Assembly: GCA_010093745.1 (NCBI GenBank)
Contig: MU005966.1
Coordinates: forward strand, 69,628-133,627
From: Piedraia hortae CBS 480.64
Taxonomy: Eukaryota
Length of the DNA: 64,000 bases
Direction of reading: 5' to 3'
Below, piece after piece: positions 20,975-34,028 of the stretch; positions within the stretch are counted from its first letter, which is position 1, and every line of letters starts with the position of its first letter. A program made the translations under genes and the position numbers. The notes under the pieces were generated by a model. That model did not search any database and had not been told where the DNA came from. It was given only the letters and a program-made list of their open reading frames with translations.

Positions 20975-21784
20975 CAAAATCGGAGATGAAGTAGACACGT
21001 CCATGGCAAGAGATGTATCCCGGGGTGACATCGACATCCAGTTTGTAGTCTACATATCAATCTTCTCATATGATATATTCCGTCATATCTAGCGCTAGTG
21101 ATCTTCGTGGATCCATCCCACAAGTCCCAGTGCTATGGTATGGAAGCGATTGACAGCAGGAGATAGTTATGTTAACATTAGTTGAAGGATGTATCACGTG
21201 ATGACTATGAACAACGTCGTCTCATTTCGTCCCCCTTTGACTATATACACGTTGTCATCCGGAAGGGCCCGGTCCGTCCGCGGCCCGAGTCTAGTGGCCC
21301 CACTCCGTGGCACTTACTCGGGCGGCGTTGTTCCCTGTCTACATAGGGTCTACGCAGTCCTCTCGTCCATGACCCATTGCTTTGAGCCTCTCGCCCTTGT
21401 CTCTTATCGATCCCTCGGTCCCGACCCCTCGTCCTTAGCCTCGTGTCGTGACACACGTTTACGTCTTAGTATACTCACACTATCAGTTCGTCCCCTTTAA
21501 CTACATTGCACCTATTACTCTCCCCGCCACCATAACCAAGCATCAGATTTGTATAGCCGACTCACTCATCTCTCGTCCGGGCAAATTTGACGAGGTGTGA
21601 ATCGTTAAGTGTGTTTAGCACGCACTTTTCTTGGTACCAGCCTCAAGCATCTACATAGACGTGGGGTTAATGTGTGGAGATGGAATGGCAGGAGGTTGCT
21701 GTATAACTGTTCTACGGATCCACGCTGCAAGGCAACCTTCCAACGTATATGTACCCTGGTCTGATAACCTGATCATCTCAAAGT

Positions 21785-22592
21785 TTATATAGCACCTAAT
21801 TCCTTCAGCTTGCTGACAAGACCATCAACGTTCTCGACTTTATCGCCTCCTTTCCTTGGAGGAGGATCCGTCACCTTCAGCGTCTCCAACCGTTTGGCAA
21901 CGTCAATACCACCGTAGTCTTTCAATGTCTTCTTTTCAAGAGGCTTCTTCTTAGCCTTCATGATGTTTGGCAGGGTCGTGTAGCGGGGTTCGTTGAGCCG
22001 CAGATCGGTAGTGATGACCATTGGTAATTTAGCTTTGATGGTTTCCACGCCGCCGTCGACTTCACGCGTAACGGTACAGGTTTCGCCTTCGATTTCGACT
22101 TTGGAGGCGCACGTTGCTTGCGGCCAGTTGAGGAGACCGGCGAGCATGACGCCCGTTTGGCTCGCGTCGTCGTCAATGCTTTGTTTGCCGAGGATGACGA
22201 GGTTGCGCTTCTCGTCTTGGACAACCTGGCGGAGGAGCTTGGCGACGCTGAGGGGCTCAAGTTCTGACATGGACTCGATGTGGAGGCCGCGATCGGCGCC
22301 CATGGCCATGGCCGTGCGGAGCGTGTCTATCGCCTTGGACGAGCCCGCTGAAATGGCCAGAATGTCCTCTACGGGCGACTTCTTGCGCTCGCGCAGACGG
22401 ACGGCTTCCTCGACGGCGAGCTCGTCAAAGGGATTCATGCTGTGCTTGACGCCCTCCGTCTCCACCGCCGTCTGCGCCTTGTTGACTCGCGGTTTGACCT
22501 TTCCACCATCAGCTGCAGCTACCACAGCAGGCTACGTGCCTTACCGCATAGTCGATGACGCGCTTGACCGGAACCAGGATTCTCAAAGACAT
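21785..22592 (-). CDS. CIR1: Electron transfer flavoprotein beta subunit; intron 22499-22544
   Basis: MSLRILVPVKRVIDYA|VKPRVNK..SMNPFDELAVEEAVRL..ILGKQSIDDD..DLRLNEPRY. Confidence 0.95.
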
Positions 22593-22735
22593 GTCGGTGA
22601 TCGGTCTGGAGGAAGTGGGGCCAGTCAAGGGTAAGGCGGAACAAGCCGCGGTATAAAAGTACAGAAGAATACATGTCTGAATCAAAACGACCGACTCGCT
22701 AAAGCTTTGTCGTGACAACCATTAATAATACTGCC

Positions 22736-24012
22736 TTAAGTAGCCGCGTCCGCCTTAGCAGTCTCGGCCTGCTTTCCGTCCGTCGTCTCGTCTCCCTTCT
22801 CTGTCTTTTCGGCCTTTTCGGCCTTCTCATCAGCCTTAGTCTCAGACTTGTCCTTGGACTCGTCATCAGTCTTCTTCGCGTCAGACTTCTCGTTCTTGTC
22901 TTCAGCCTGAGCGGCGGCTTCGTCCTTGCCCTTGGACGGAACATTCGGGTCCTCGTCTTCCTTACCCGGGCTATCAATAGCGACCTTAACGGCAATCTCA
23001 CGACCGTCGATTTCCTTGCCGTTCATCTCGTCACAGCATTTCTTTTGCAGCTCCTCACTAGCGAGCGTGACAAAGCCGAAGCCACGACCCTTCCGAGGCT
23101 CGTTGCGGGCCTGAAGCTTGCGAACCATGTATTTGGGGATCGGACGCAGAGCGATCTTGGCCGACGTAGGAGAGTAATCGGCAAAGATTTCGAGAAGCTT
23201 CTCCTCGCGAAGCTCATAGGGAAGGTTGGCAACCATGATCTTGGTCTTGGACGGGATGCCATCCTCCGGAGGGCCACGCTGCTTGCGGGGACGAGTGTTG
23301 TTCGGTTTGCCCTTGGTTTTGGCCGTCGAGGCACCCTCGGCACCGGCCTCCGCGGTCACGGCTTCGTTGGTGGTCTGGGTGAGAGCATCGGCATGAGCCG
23401 GGACATTGGAGGCAGTAGCTTCGCCGCCTGCATTCTCGCCAGTAGCCTCGGCCTCGTCATTGGTAGCACGACGACCGCCCTGAGCGCGGTTTCCACGGCC
23501 ACGGTTACGTCCGCGACGAGCCGATTGACGACGAGCGGGTTTACCTTCGCCAGCCTCGCCTTCAGTGTTGGCATCGGGCTTGCGGGCAAGCTGGACGGAG
23601 ACCTTGCGGTCCAGGATAGACTTGCCATTGAGCTCCTGAATGGCACGCTCAGCCTCGGCCGGCGTCGCAACATCGACAAAGGCATAGCCGACCGGACGGG
23701 TGGTGCGGGGGTTCAATGGAATCGACGTAGACTCGCTGACCCGGTTAGTCGAATCCCGAAAGCAAACGAGGACACTTACACGAGATAATCATTGAAGAAG
23801 TCTTTGAGCTCACCCTCCGAGGTGGCATAGGCAAGGTTGCCGATGTAAAGACGACGGCCCTCGGCGGCAGAGGCAATAACAGCTTCGTTTTGGCTGGCAT
23901 TAATGGGGGCATTGCCACCAGAACCGATGGTAGCGCCCTCGGCAGTGGGAAGAGGGTTATTCAGCGTCGTTTCCGACAGCTGCGAAGTGACCGCTTCTAC
24001 TGCAGCAGACAT
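22736..24012 (-). CDS. Two-RRM RNA-binding protein with RGG-like linker (Sbp1/Rrt5-like); intron 23736-23779
   Basis: RRM1 has RLYIGNL and RPVGYAFV; RRM2 has KIMVANL and RGFGFV; linker contains RRGRNRGRG. Confidence 0.88.
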
Positions 24013-24511
24013 GGTCTTGTCGTCAATTAGTTGATGACACGAAGAGAGCTTGAGTTGGATTCGTGTGGAAGGTTGAGGGACTCGGATGTCGCTGACTATG
24101 ACAGAGGTTAGCAGACAAGCTGTGCTGTCAACTGCTGACACTGACCGTTGACAGTTGGTTGTTGTCGGTGGGAAAGAGAACGCGAAGCGGAAAAGTTGAG
24201 GTGAGCAATCGCGCGCCAAGAACAGCACGTGACTCCACGTTTGGGGGCAAACTGTGAAACAAAGCCCTGACGTTCACTCCGCGGTGGCTAACTGCATGAT
24301 CGGGCATAACGGCGTGTCACGGCGTGGTTGCGCAACCTTCCTGGCTCCGCTGTGAGTGTGTCCGTAGCTCGCCGCTAGAATCGAATTGGATTATAATGGG
24401 CCTTTCACGCGCATGACTGCGCAGGCAACCTAGCAGCTGTCATTACATTCGTGGATAGGCGGACAAATTCCGCCGAGTGACGTAGGGTTCGAATTTTGTA
24501 GCGGGTAACGT

Positions 24512-26570
24512 ATGGATGGTAAACAAAATGTGACAAGCAGGTATGTAATTGTACTTGAGTAGGCTGTTGTGCATCGTTCATAATTGTAGGGTGTCTCCTC
24601 GCCGCACGGCCTTGATATTATATGGATCAGAGACTGGTAACGCGCAGGATGCGGCAGAGGAGGTTGGCAGGCTCACGGAGCGGATGCATTACAACACTGT
24701 TGTGCTCAGCCTATCATCGGTCAAACTCGGTGACCTTGGCCGAGCAGAAGTGGCCATATTCTGCATATCAACCACTGGGCAGGGCGAATTTCCACAGAAC
24801 GCGAAAGCATTTTGGCGGGCATTGCTCTCAAGCGCATTGAAGCCAGGAATTCTCCGCAAGGTCCGGTTTGCTTCCTTCGGACTCGGAGACAGCAATTATG
24901 TCAAGTATAATGTTGCCCATCGAATGCTTCAAAGCCGGTTGATCCAGCTCGGGGCAGTCGAAATATGCAGTCGTGGCGAAGGTAATGAACAGCATCCAGA
25001 AGGCTATACAGCGGGCTTCAATGAGTGGATAACCCGGTTACGATCCTCTCTTACGCTCCCCAAAGGCGAATCCATAATCCCGGAGAGCATCTTTCTCAAA
25101 CCCAGATGGAAGCTCCAGCTTGTCCCAAGCGATGAAGACTATGCCAACCCTCAGGCCGAGATGGAAACCCCACCATCCGAGCTCTTGCCCATCAAAGGAA
25201 CCCATGCCGCTCGCATCGTGCAAAACAAGCGTGTCACACCAGCAAACCACTTCCAAGACGTGCGCCTCCTCGAGCTCAAACTCGAAGGCGACCACGCCTA
25301 TTCTCCGGGAGACGTTGCAATCGTCCACCCCAAGAACTTCCCTTCTGACGTATCCTCCTTCCTCGATCTCATGAATTGGACCCCCATCGCAGACAGACCC
25401 CTCACCTTACTCTCCACATCCACAAATCCTCTAGACGTATCACCCCTCTCATATCTAAACCAAGAAACCCTCCCTCTGACCCTACGCTACCTCCTAACCA
25501 ACGTCCTGGACATAATGTCCATCCCGCGACGAAGCCTCTTCTCGCAAATGCTCCATTTCGTCAGCGACGACGAAGTCGGCCGCTACCAGCGTGAAAGGCT
25601 GGAAGAGCTATCAAACCCATCCCTAATCCAAGAAATGTGGGACTACACTACGCGACCTAAGCGGACAATCCTAGAGGTCTTTGAGGATTTTACCAGCGTC
25701 AAGATTCCCTACGAGTATGCCCTCAGCATCCTGCCAAGGATGAAAGGCAGAGCGTTTAGCATCGCTTCAGATTACGAGTTTTCGCGTGGATCCTCACCAG
25801 ACAAACCATCCCTATCCTCATCCAACCCCCCATCTAATACTCCTTTACATCCAAACCAACCCCACCCCCCAACCAAATCATCATCGACAAAAATCGAATT
25901 ACTAATAGCAATAACCCGCCCAAGCAGCATCATCAAACGTCCCCGCTGGGGCATCTGTACACGCTACATCTCTACACTATCCCAAGACACCCAAATCGCA
26001 ATATCCCTCCAAAAGGGAACAATGTCCCCTCCGGGTGACGAACCCAGCATCCTCATCGGGACGGGGACGGGAATCGCGCCGCTTAGAGCCCTGCTTTTGT
26101 ACAAAGTAAACTCGCTGCGTAGCAGGGGCGTACTATCGGACTCCCAGGCCATCGAAAACCCTTCGCATCCCCGCCTCTCCAACCCCTCCCCAAATCCAGC
26201 TCCCTCTGAAGATACATTGTCAAACTGGACCCTTTATTTCGGCTGCCGCACCCCGGGTATAGACGACTACCTCACCCCCGAATGGACACACTTGTCCGCT
26301 ACACACGGTCTGAACGTTCGGGTAGCTTACTCCCGCCACGGCGGCGGTGCGCAGGGTAGATACGTCCAGGATGTGATCCGGGAGGATGGAGACGCGCTTT
26401 ACGCGGCTTTGGTGAAAGGGAAAGGCAGGGTCTACCTCTGCGGGAGTAAAGGGAATATGCCCAAAGGCGTGCGGGAGGCGTTACGTGATATCCTCTCCTC
26501 GCGTGGGGTGGAGGGGGATTATCTCGAACAAATAGAGAGGGAGGGACGGGTTTGGGAGGAGAGTTGGTGA
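24512..26570 (+). CDS. TAH18: NADPH-dependent diflavin oxidoreductase (Tah18/NDOR1); intron 24541-24589
   Basis: ILYGSETGNA, STTGQG, FGLGDSNY, RAFSIAS, GTGTGIAP, LYFGCR, YVQD and a terminal EESW. Confidence 0.93.
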
Positions 26571-26668
26571 TTGACATTTGTATAGATGCGGTGGGAAGGA
26601 GGGTTTTCTGAAAGAAGAAAAAAGTGGTATCTATCAACGCCTCCAACGCCTTTCCAGAGTCTAAGAGT

Positions 26669-28408
26669 CTACAAATCAGCGTGTTCGACATCTCCGTTTT
26701 GGGACACGGAAATTATGGTTTGGTCCAACATTTTCGCTGCAGCGGCGACGAAACCTAGGTAAGGTTTTGAGGGGAGGAGGACCCGTGAGAGGTACTCTGG
26801 ATGGAACTGGACGCCGACGAACCAATCGTGGTCTTTTAGTTCAATGACCTCCATTCGTTGGCCGGTTTCGTCTTTGCCGATGAATTGTAGCCCTTTTTCT
26901 TGAAGGGCGTCAATGTACTTTGGGTTGACCTCGTAGCGGTGGCGATGACGTTCGTTGATGGATTCGTTTTGTAGACCGTAGAGTTTACGGAGGGAGGACC
27001 ACTCCGTGTCTTTCTGCCAGATGGTTTTGCGTAGACCGAGACGCATCGTGCCGCCCATGATACCTGGGTGGTGCTCCGGCATGGAGATGACCACACGATC
27101 TTCATCCGCGCCGTCGACTTCGTATGAGGTGGCCTGTGGTAGTTTCATGTTGCAGACGTGGCGTGCAAACTCGATGACGGCGATTTGCATACCAAGACAG
27201 ATGCCTAGGTAGGGGATGTTGTTCTCACGCGCGTATTTCGCTGCGCTGATCATGCCTTCGATGCCGCGACTGCCGAAGCCGCCGGGAATGAGGATTCCGG
27301 CTGCTCCACACAGATTGTGCCAGGCTTTGTGGTACTGCATCGCGTCTTTTTTCGAGACGTTCTCCTCGAGCATCTCCGCGTCAACGTACTTGACGACGAG
27401 CTTGCGGCGGCACTGCATAGCGCTGTGCTCTAGTGACTTGATGACCGACATGTAGGAGTCAGGTTGCTCCAGGTACTTTCCCACCAGGGCAATGACAACC
27501 TCATCGTGGAGCTGCTCCAGGCCTGACGTGAGGTCCATCCACGCTTTCCACGTCTTTTGTCCGCGTGCAAGGAGCTTTGGCGAGATCTGAATCGTGTCCA
27601 GACGCAGAGTTGTAGTCATGAGCTGCACGAGATTCTGCTCAGAGAGCAAGACGGGAACCTGATATGTGCTGGGCATATCCCTAACGGCGAGAACGTTGTC
27701 ATAAGTGACATGGCAAGAGCGGGCGATCTTATCAATCGTCGCCTCTTCCAACGGCTTCTCGCATCGGCAAGCAATAAGGTCCGGCAGGAGCCCGGCTGAA
27801 CGGACCGTCTTGATACTCATCTGCGTAGGCTTCGTTTTCTGCTCTCCATGCACGACGGGAACGTAAGAAACGAATATCTGCACAAAATCCCCTGGAGGGC
27901 TCTTGCGGCGAAGATCGGCAAGAGCCTCGACAAAAGCCATGCCCTCAATGTCTCCAATGGTACCGCCAAGCTCGACAATGCAGACATCCGGAACCTCCCC
28001 TGTATCATCGACCGGCACACGCGCCACGCGTTCGATCCACTCTTGGATGCAATTGGTCACATGCGGGACGACTTGAACCGTCTTACCAAGATATTTCCCC
28101 GACCGTTCTTGTTCAATGACTTTCGAGTAAATTTTCCCAAGGGTAATGTTATTTTCTCGACAAAGTGTAATGTTGAGATATCTCTCATAATTACCGAGAT
28201 CAAGATCTACTTCGCCGCCGTCGTCCAAAACATACACCTCACCGTGCTCGCGTGGGTTCATGGTGCCCGCATCAACGTTAATGTACGGGTCGATCTTGAT
28301 TGACGAGACTTTGAGTCCTTTGGTCTTGAGCAAGAGACCGGCAGAACTGGCAATAATGCCCTTGCCCACGCCAGAAATGACGCCGCCGGTCACAAGGACG
28401 TACTTCAT
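26669..28408 (-). CDS. URA7: CTP synthase
   Basis: MKYVLVTGGVISGVGKG, KIDPYINVDAGTM, and the GATase motifs GICLGMQ and QFHPE. Confidence 0.97.
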   Translation of the reverse strand: MKYVLVTGGVISGVGKGIIASSAGLLLKTKGLKVSSIKIDPYINVDAGTMNPREHGEVYVLDDGGEVDLDLGNYERYLNITLCRENNITLGKIYSKVIEQERSGKYLGKTVQVVPHVTNCIQEWIERVARVPVDDTGEVPDVCIVELGGTIGDIEGMAFVEALADLRRKSPPGDFVQIFVSYVPVVHGEQKTKPTQMSIKTVRSAGLLPDLIACRCEKPLEEATIDKIARSCHVTYDNVLAVRDMPSTYQVPVLLSEQNLVQLMTTTLRLDTIQISPKLLARGQKTWKAWMDLTSGLEQLHDEVVIALVGKYLEQPDSYMSVIKSLEHSAMQCRRKLVVKYVDAEMLEENVSKKDAMQYHKAWHNLCGAAGILIPGGFGSRGIEGMISAAKYARENNIPYLGICLGMQIAVIEFARHVCNMKLPQATSYEVDGADEDRVVISMPEHHPGIMGGTMRLGLRKTIWQKDTEWSSLRKLYGLQNESINERHRHRYEVNPKYIDALQEKGLQFIGKDETGQRMEVIELKDHDWFVGVQFHPEYLSRVLLPSKPYLGFVAAAAKMLDQTIISVSQNGDVEHADL

Positions 28409-28614
28409 GTTGCCGCCTCGCAAAACGTTGTTGCGGGGAGGAAAAACATTTTTGGGGCGGGGCACTGGAGTCGAAGCGTCGTACGGGTATTCCCGTCGGT
28501 TGTTCCCGTTGTCGTGAAGACGTAACGATGGGTCCAGATTAGGCAATTTCTAACTACACATTTTAAAGTTTGGAGAACGGTGTTAAAGCTAATGATACAG
28601 TTGCCAGTATTTGA

Positions 28615-30022
28615 CTAGAATCTGCGTCGCCCCCTTTGTCCGCGGAACGGAGGCGCCCCTCCACGACCTCGTCTGCCCCAGAACAGATTACCGAAAGCTC
28701 CACGATCGGGCCCTCCATCAACAAATTTGTAACCATCATCGAACGTATAACGACGCAACTCTCCGTCTGCGTAATTTGACAAGTCATACCGACGCTGCGG
28801 CCAGTCACGACTAACGGTGTGCCGAAGCTGTTGGATCCGATGCTCAACGATATCGGGTGGCTGCGGCTGAAAGTACAGCTTGGGCTTTGCGGTAGTAAAG
28901 TGGAAGCGTTGGTCTAGGATGTCAAAGCTGTCAGAATCGCGTCTGGATGATGCGGGCCGCTGCATTCCACGGGTATCTGCGCGGTCAGTCTCAAAATCGG
29001 ATGGCCGTCTCGTGGTCTCAGGGCGGTGATCCTCAAAGTTTGAGGGCTGGCGCTTTGCCTGAGCTGACCCAGACTGGACCTCCTTCAGTGTGGCTGTGAC
29101 GCTCCCATTGTTAGTATCGTAGACAACAGTATATCGCTTGGCATCACGCCTAGAGGTGCCGTCGGATAACTCAGTCTCGATCCATTCGCTGACCAGACTT
29201 TCTGGAGCAAAGTCCACCCAAAGGGGCTTGCGAGAGGGCTCATCCGGCCACACTGTGTCGTGAAGACGAGCACGGGCTCTGGAAGCCGCATGAACAGTAG
29301 TGAAGATGACGAAAGCGTGCGTCCTTAGGAGGTCGAGATGGAAGGATTCGACGAGTTTATCATTTGGCTGAGCCCCAGGAGGGGCTGCAGCTTTAGTAAG
29401 ATACTCCCGGAGAAGTCCGGGCTGAATTGGGCGGATGAGTTCTGTAAAATTAGGTTAGGGGCAAACTTATAACCAAGGAAGACATACCGCGGATGAAGAT
29501 TGCGCGGGTGGGGGGATGCAAAGATGGCGGCGAGTTCGTGTCCTCAATTGGAGCGTCTGCAACTGGAGCATCTGCGGCCGGAACCGTGGCTTCTTGGGCC
29601 GCTTTGAGCTTCTTGCTGACGGCGTCGTCGCTTAGAGGCGGGGTGGGACTGCGACGTTTGCGCTTCTTAGTGTCAGAGACGACCTCAGGAGCTTCGGAAG
29701 TGGCTTTCGGCGTGTCCTGAGCTTTAGCAGCAACTCCGTCCGTGACATTTTCCTCCGGCGCATCGCGAGTTTCAGCCGTGTTTGCCTCGACACTGTCGCC
29801 GTTTACAGGCTCCTTCTCGTCATCTGCATCTTCGACAACTTCTTGCTTGTCTTTATCCTCTGTCTGCTTCGCGTCGCTCGTGGGCCCATCTTCTTTGGCG
29901 TCAGACTGCACCAGCGCATCAATCATCTGCTGTTTCCGCGTCAGGCCCGTCTGCGGGATGCCACGCTCCTTGAGCAGCTCCCTCAGCTCAGTAACCTTGA
30001 ACGTGCTATAATCTGTAGTCAT
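28615..30022 (-). CDS. SAP-domain/RRM protein with RSB-like motif (Acinus-like); intron 29442-29487
   Basis: SAP domain FKVTELRELLKERGIPQTGLTRKQQMIDAL; RRM-like HPPTRAIFIR..RTHAFV..LHDTVWPDEPSRKPLWVDF; RFHFTTAKPKLYFQP; RGG tail. Confidence 0.8.
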
Positions 30023-30187
30023 GGCGGGTGCAGCAAAAGTGTCGGGGAGAAAGTCGCAGAAGGTGCGGCAAGAATTTGGCCACAGGCGGAACGTTTGCGA
30101 CGCGACGTAGTGGGGACGGAATTGGTTCCGCCGACAACACGCCCTCTGACTCTCACCGCCGGCCGCCTGCATTCCGCCCCCTACAAC

Positions 30188-31322
30188 ATGAGCAAACTGT
30201 GGGAAATTGACCCGGAGACGCGGTCCAAATTGCTGGCCATCCAGAAGACCAACGGCAACAACAAGTGCGTCGATTGCGGAGCGCCAAGCCCCCAATGGGT
30301 ACGTTGGTCTGTCCCGGTAAAAGCCACCGCTGATTGCGCAGATCTCACCCAAATTTGGCATATTCTTCTGTCTAGCATGTTCAGGTATCCATAGGGGTCT
30401 GGGGGTTCATGTCAGTTTTGTCCGATCTGCCACTATGGACGCTCTCAAGACGGGCGAAGTCAAGCGCATGGAACTCGGGGGAAATGAAGCCTGGAAGATG
30501 TTCTTCAATGAGCATTCGACAAACTCTCTCATCGGGAGAGAGTTTGATAGTTGCACCATTGCCGAGAGATATGACAGCGAGGCTGGGGAAGAGTGGAAGG
30601 AGCGGTTGACAGCCAAGGTCGAGGGCACCGACTATGTGCCGGGTCCTCGCAAGCCGCGGCCACAGAAAAAAGCCGAGCCAGAACCTTCTGCTTCTGCGCA
30701 GGACTCAGGCATGTCACAGAAAGCCAAAAACGAGGCTTACTTTGCCAAAATGGGGAGTGAAAATGCCTCTCGGCCAGACCATCTACCACCATCTCAAGGA
30801 GGCAAATACTCCGGCTTCGGTTCTGCACCGCCGGTACATTCCAGCTCAGCCAGCATGGACTTCCAGAGTGATCCAGTAGCGGCACTGACCAAAGGGTTTG
30901 GCTGGCTCAGCTCCGCCGTCACGAAACAAGCGGCTACAGTTAACAAAGCCATCATTCAACCGGGTGTTAAAAGCATTCAGGATGGAGAGCTTGCAGCACA
31001 AGCACAACGCTGGGGAACTACACTGGGGAGCCAGGCCCAAAAAGGTGTTCGTGGACTCGGCGAACAATTCCACAAATTTGTAGATCCAGACGACAGCAAT
31101 CAGTCCAGAATGGAGCCTGAGCGAAAGGAGTTCTGGGACAACTTTGGCCAAGCTCCTACAGGACCGCCAAAGGAGAAGAAGGCGTTTTGGGACGAGTTCG
31201 CCGCTGCGGGTGAGGCTCGACATAAGAGCAGCAGCAGCAAGTCTACCAATATAGGGACTGGTACCGTGAAACCCGGTAGCAGCAGCGGGAAAAAGGAAGA
31301 TGGAGAGTGGGGAGACTGGTAG
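30188..31322 (+). CDS. GCS1: ADP-ribosylation factor GAP (ArfGAP1/Gcs1); intron 30299-30341
   Basis: CVDCGAPSPQW|ISPKFGIFFCLACSGIHRGLGVHVSFVRS, and PPSQGGKYSGFG. Confidence 0.92.
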
Positions 31323-31482
31323 GGCGATCTTGGCGGGGTGTTTTGGTTTCACTTTTGCATGGTGTGGTGGGTCCTAGGGGGTGTTTTTGATGATTTCATC
31401 GTTAGTCACGTATTGCATTTTACGTAAGCACAAGGACTTTACATCCGTCTCACTTCCACGTTGGGCGCGCTGCTGTACAGCC

Positions 31483-32214
31483 ATGGCGCGCAATGCTGAA
31501 AAGGCGCAGTCGATGCTATTTCGCTTCCGGGCGCAACAGGCTAGCGACCTGGGCATCCTCGACGTCAACAAAACGCGCCGTCCTCGCGCCGTAACGACCA
31601 TCGACAGCGTCCCCGTTTGCGAGCGTTGGCGCGGACAAATCGTCAAGGAAATTTCACGCAAGCTTAACAAGATCCAGGATGTCTCCCTCAGCGACTACCA
31701 GATCCGCGACCTTAACGACGAGCTCAACAAGTTGTTCAAGGAGAAATGGCAGTGGGAAGCGCGCATCCGCGAGCTCGGCGGACCAAATTACATGCGGTCG
31801 CACATTGATGGTGTCGAGAGCGGTGGAAAGGGATACCGATACTTTGGTCGCGCAAAAGAATTGCCAGGCGTGAAAGAGCTGTTTGAAGCTGTGGCCAGGG
31901 CGCCGATAGAGGCAGAGGAAGAGAGACAAGAGAGGCGAAGGGCGGGAGAGTTGAGGCAGGAGATTCGGAATCGCGTCGATGCGGGCTACTACGGATGCAT
32001 TGATGAGGAAGACGATGCGCTTTTGGCAGCCGAGGCGGCCAAGGAGAAGGAGGCTTTTAGCGTCATGATGGATGAGCCAGAGACTTCGGGGCCCGAGTGG
32101 GAGCCATTACCGGGAGACATCGGGGATGGAAAGGCGTGGAAGCTGCCGACTGCGGCAGACGTCGAGGCCGAGTTGCTGGAGAGGAGAAAGAAAAGATTAC
32201 TGGATCGCTTGTAG
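31483..32214 (+). CDS. ISY1: Pre-mRNA splicing factor Isy1
   Basis: MARNAEKAQSMLFRF..QIRDLNDELNKL..GYRYFGRAKELPGVKELF. Confidence 0.95.
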   Translation: MARNAEKAQSMLFRFRAQQASDLGILDVNKTRRPRAVTTIDSVPVCERWRGQIVKEISRKLNKIQDVSLSDYQIRDLNDELNKLFKEKWQWEARIRELGGPNYMRSHIDGVESGGKGYRYFGRAKELPGVKELFEAVARAPIEAEEERQERRRAGELRQEIRNRVDAGYYGCIDEEDDALLAAEAAKEKEAFSVMMDEPETSGPEWEPLPGDIGDGKAWKLPTAADVEAELLERRKKRLLDRL

Positions 32215-32220
32215 CTAATG

Positions 32221-32709
32221 TCACGCACCATCGCCCCAGATGCCTACGACGCCCATGGCGAACCCAAGGCCGCTGATGCCCGTCCTCACAAATTCCATGT
32301 ACTGCTGTGCGCGTGTCGTCTTTTCCACCTCTTCACCGTTGACGTCTGATCCGTCCAAGTCGCTCTTGCCTGCTAGTGTAAGAGCCCCACTGCCGGCTGC
32401 CGCCAGTGATGTCCAGAGGAGGTACGGGTGCCTGATGCGTGCAGGGCTGAGGACAAACGCGAGGCCCAGAGACAAAGAGGACACGGCCGAGAGGGCCGTA
32501 ATGTGAAGCGCTGAGAGTCGAGCAACGTGCCGGAACGTGTTGGACGCCGACTTGGCGCTGGGTAGCGTCAGGAGTGCCGGCAACGTCTGCGTCGACAGCG
32601 TGTAGGAGACGCCCTACTCGGTTAGCGCGTGCCATGATCCAGTGCTTCATCTTACTGTCAGCAGTCCGAGGCTAACGGTTCCAATGACTTTGAACAAAGG
32701 GACTGCCAT
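32221..32709 (-). CDS. ATG33: Atg33/Scm4-like mitochondrial membrane protein; intron 32614-32655
   Basis: GTVSLGLLT|GVSYTLS, RHPYLLWTSL, VNGEEV and a terminal GIWGDGA. Confidence 0.8.
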
Positions 32710-33001
32710 ACTGTGTCTTGCGGAGGTTGACAGGTGCGGATGACTCGTTACGTCAGTCATGACACTGCCGTTGTAGGGACTAGCGTCAAGACGGCACTCG
32801 CTGCTAACGATGGCGCGGTGGACCAGCCTGTCAACAGTTAATGCCGGAAGGGAGCATATGCAATCTGTAGTCAACATTCAATACATTGACAGTTCGGCAT
32901 TCCGGCTTCCCGAACTCTCTCATCTCAAGCCAACGGATCAACGACCGTTTTGCCTCGGCAAACGGTAGAATCGGGGCCAGCTATCTCATATATTCATCAG
33001 A

Positions 33002-33948
33002 ATGGCAGGGAAATACTATAGCCCCGTCTGGAAGGACGGCATCTTCACAGGCAAAGTGCTCTTCTGCACAGGTGGTGCGGGAACCATCTGCTCTGTGCAG
33101 GTCGGAGCATTTGTCGCCCTCGGCGGGAACGCATGCATTACAGGCCGCAATGCGGAGAAGACTGCGCGTGTAGCGGACGGACTGGCCAGCCTGCGTCCGG
33201 GTGCCAAAGTATTGGGACTCGTGGCTGACGTGCGCGATGCCAAAGCCCTGTCCGACGCTGCCGAACGCTGTGCCAAGGAACTTGGCGGCATCGACTTCGC
33301 CATTGCAGGCGCGGCGGGGAACTTTCTTGCACCGATTGCGCAGCTCAGCACGAATGCGTTCAAAACGGTCATCGAGATTGATACCGTTGGCAGCTATAAC
33401 ATGGTCAAGGCCTGCATTCCGTACTTGGTGAAAAGCGCCGAGAAGTACAACAGGACGACGGGGAGGATCGTGTTTGTGTCTGCCACGCTGCATTATCAGG
33501 GAACTCCCGCCCAGGCCCATGTCATGGCGGCCAAGGCTGCTGTGGATTCGCTTGCGCACTCGATCGCGATTGAATATGGGCCGTTTGGCATCACTTCCAA
33601 CATTGTTGCGCCGGGGCCGATTGGCGGGACTGAGGGCATGGAGCGGTTAACCCACGAAGACCATCAAGAACAGTCTATCGTGCCTCTGGGACGGTGGGGA
33701 GAACCAAAAGAGGTATGTTTCTCTTCTACTGTTTCTATCAAGTTTTCTAAGACTCCAAGATTGCCGATGCCACGGTATATCTTTTCAGCGAGGCGGGGAA
33801 TTTCGTGAATGGGACCAGTTTGGTCGTTGACGGGGGCCATTGGCGATCTCCAGCCGGGTCTATGATAAGACCTTGGACTTATCCGGATATTTTCCTCTCC
33901 GGAATGAAGCTGGAGGGCGTTAAAACCGGACGCAAACCCAAACTATGA
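33002..33948 (+). CDS. SPS19: Peroxisomal 2,4-dienoyl-CoA reductase (SDR); intron 33713-33759
   Basis: TGGAGTIC, AGAAGNF, QAHVMAAKA, VVDGG; C-terminal PKL resembles a PTS1 signal. Confidence 0.9.
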
Positions 33949-34028
33949 GGCTTCTGCCCCGGGTTTGACAAGAAACGGTCGGGTGCCTCCGAGCCTCGGC
34001 CAATTCACTAACCTCACACCAAGGACAA

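Noticed and set aside
20970..20986. HDKIG as a relic of the ATPase DKTG phosphorylation site
   Set aside because: Spacing from TM4 is too short and the frame differs; may be chance.
22712..23788. 358-aa plus-strand ORF
   Set aside because: Antisense shadow of the RRM gene, with no motifs of its own.
24455..24500. Hairpin GGCGGA..TCCGCC and a GGTTCGAAT B-box-like motif
   Set aside because: No cloverleaf or acceptor stem could be built, so not called a tRNA.
28409..28546. N-terminal extension of the CTP synthase ORF
   Set aside because: Begins at a non-ATG codon; the conserved start MKYVLVTGG is at 28408.
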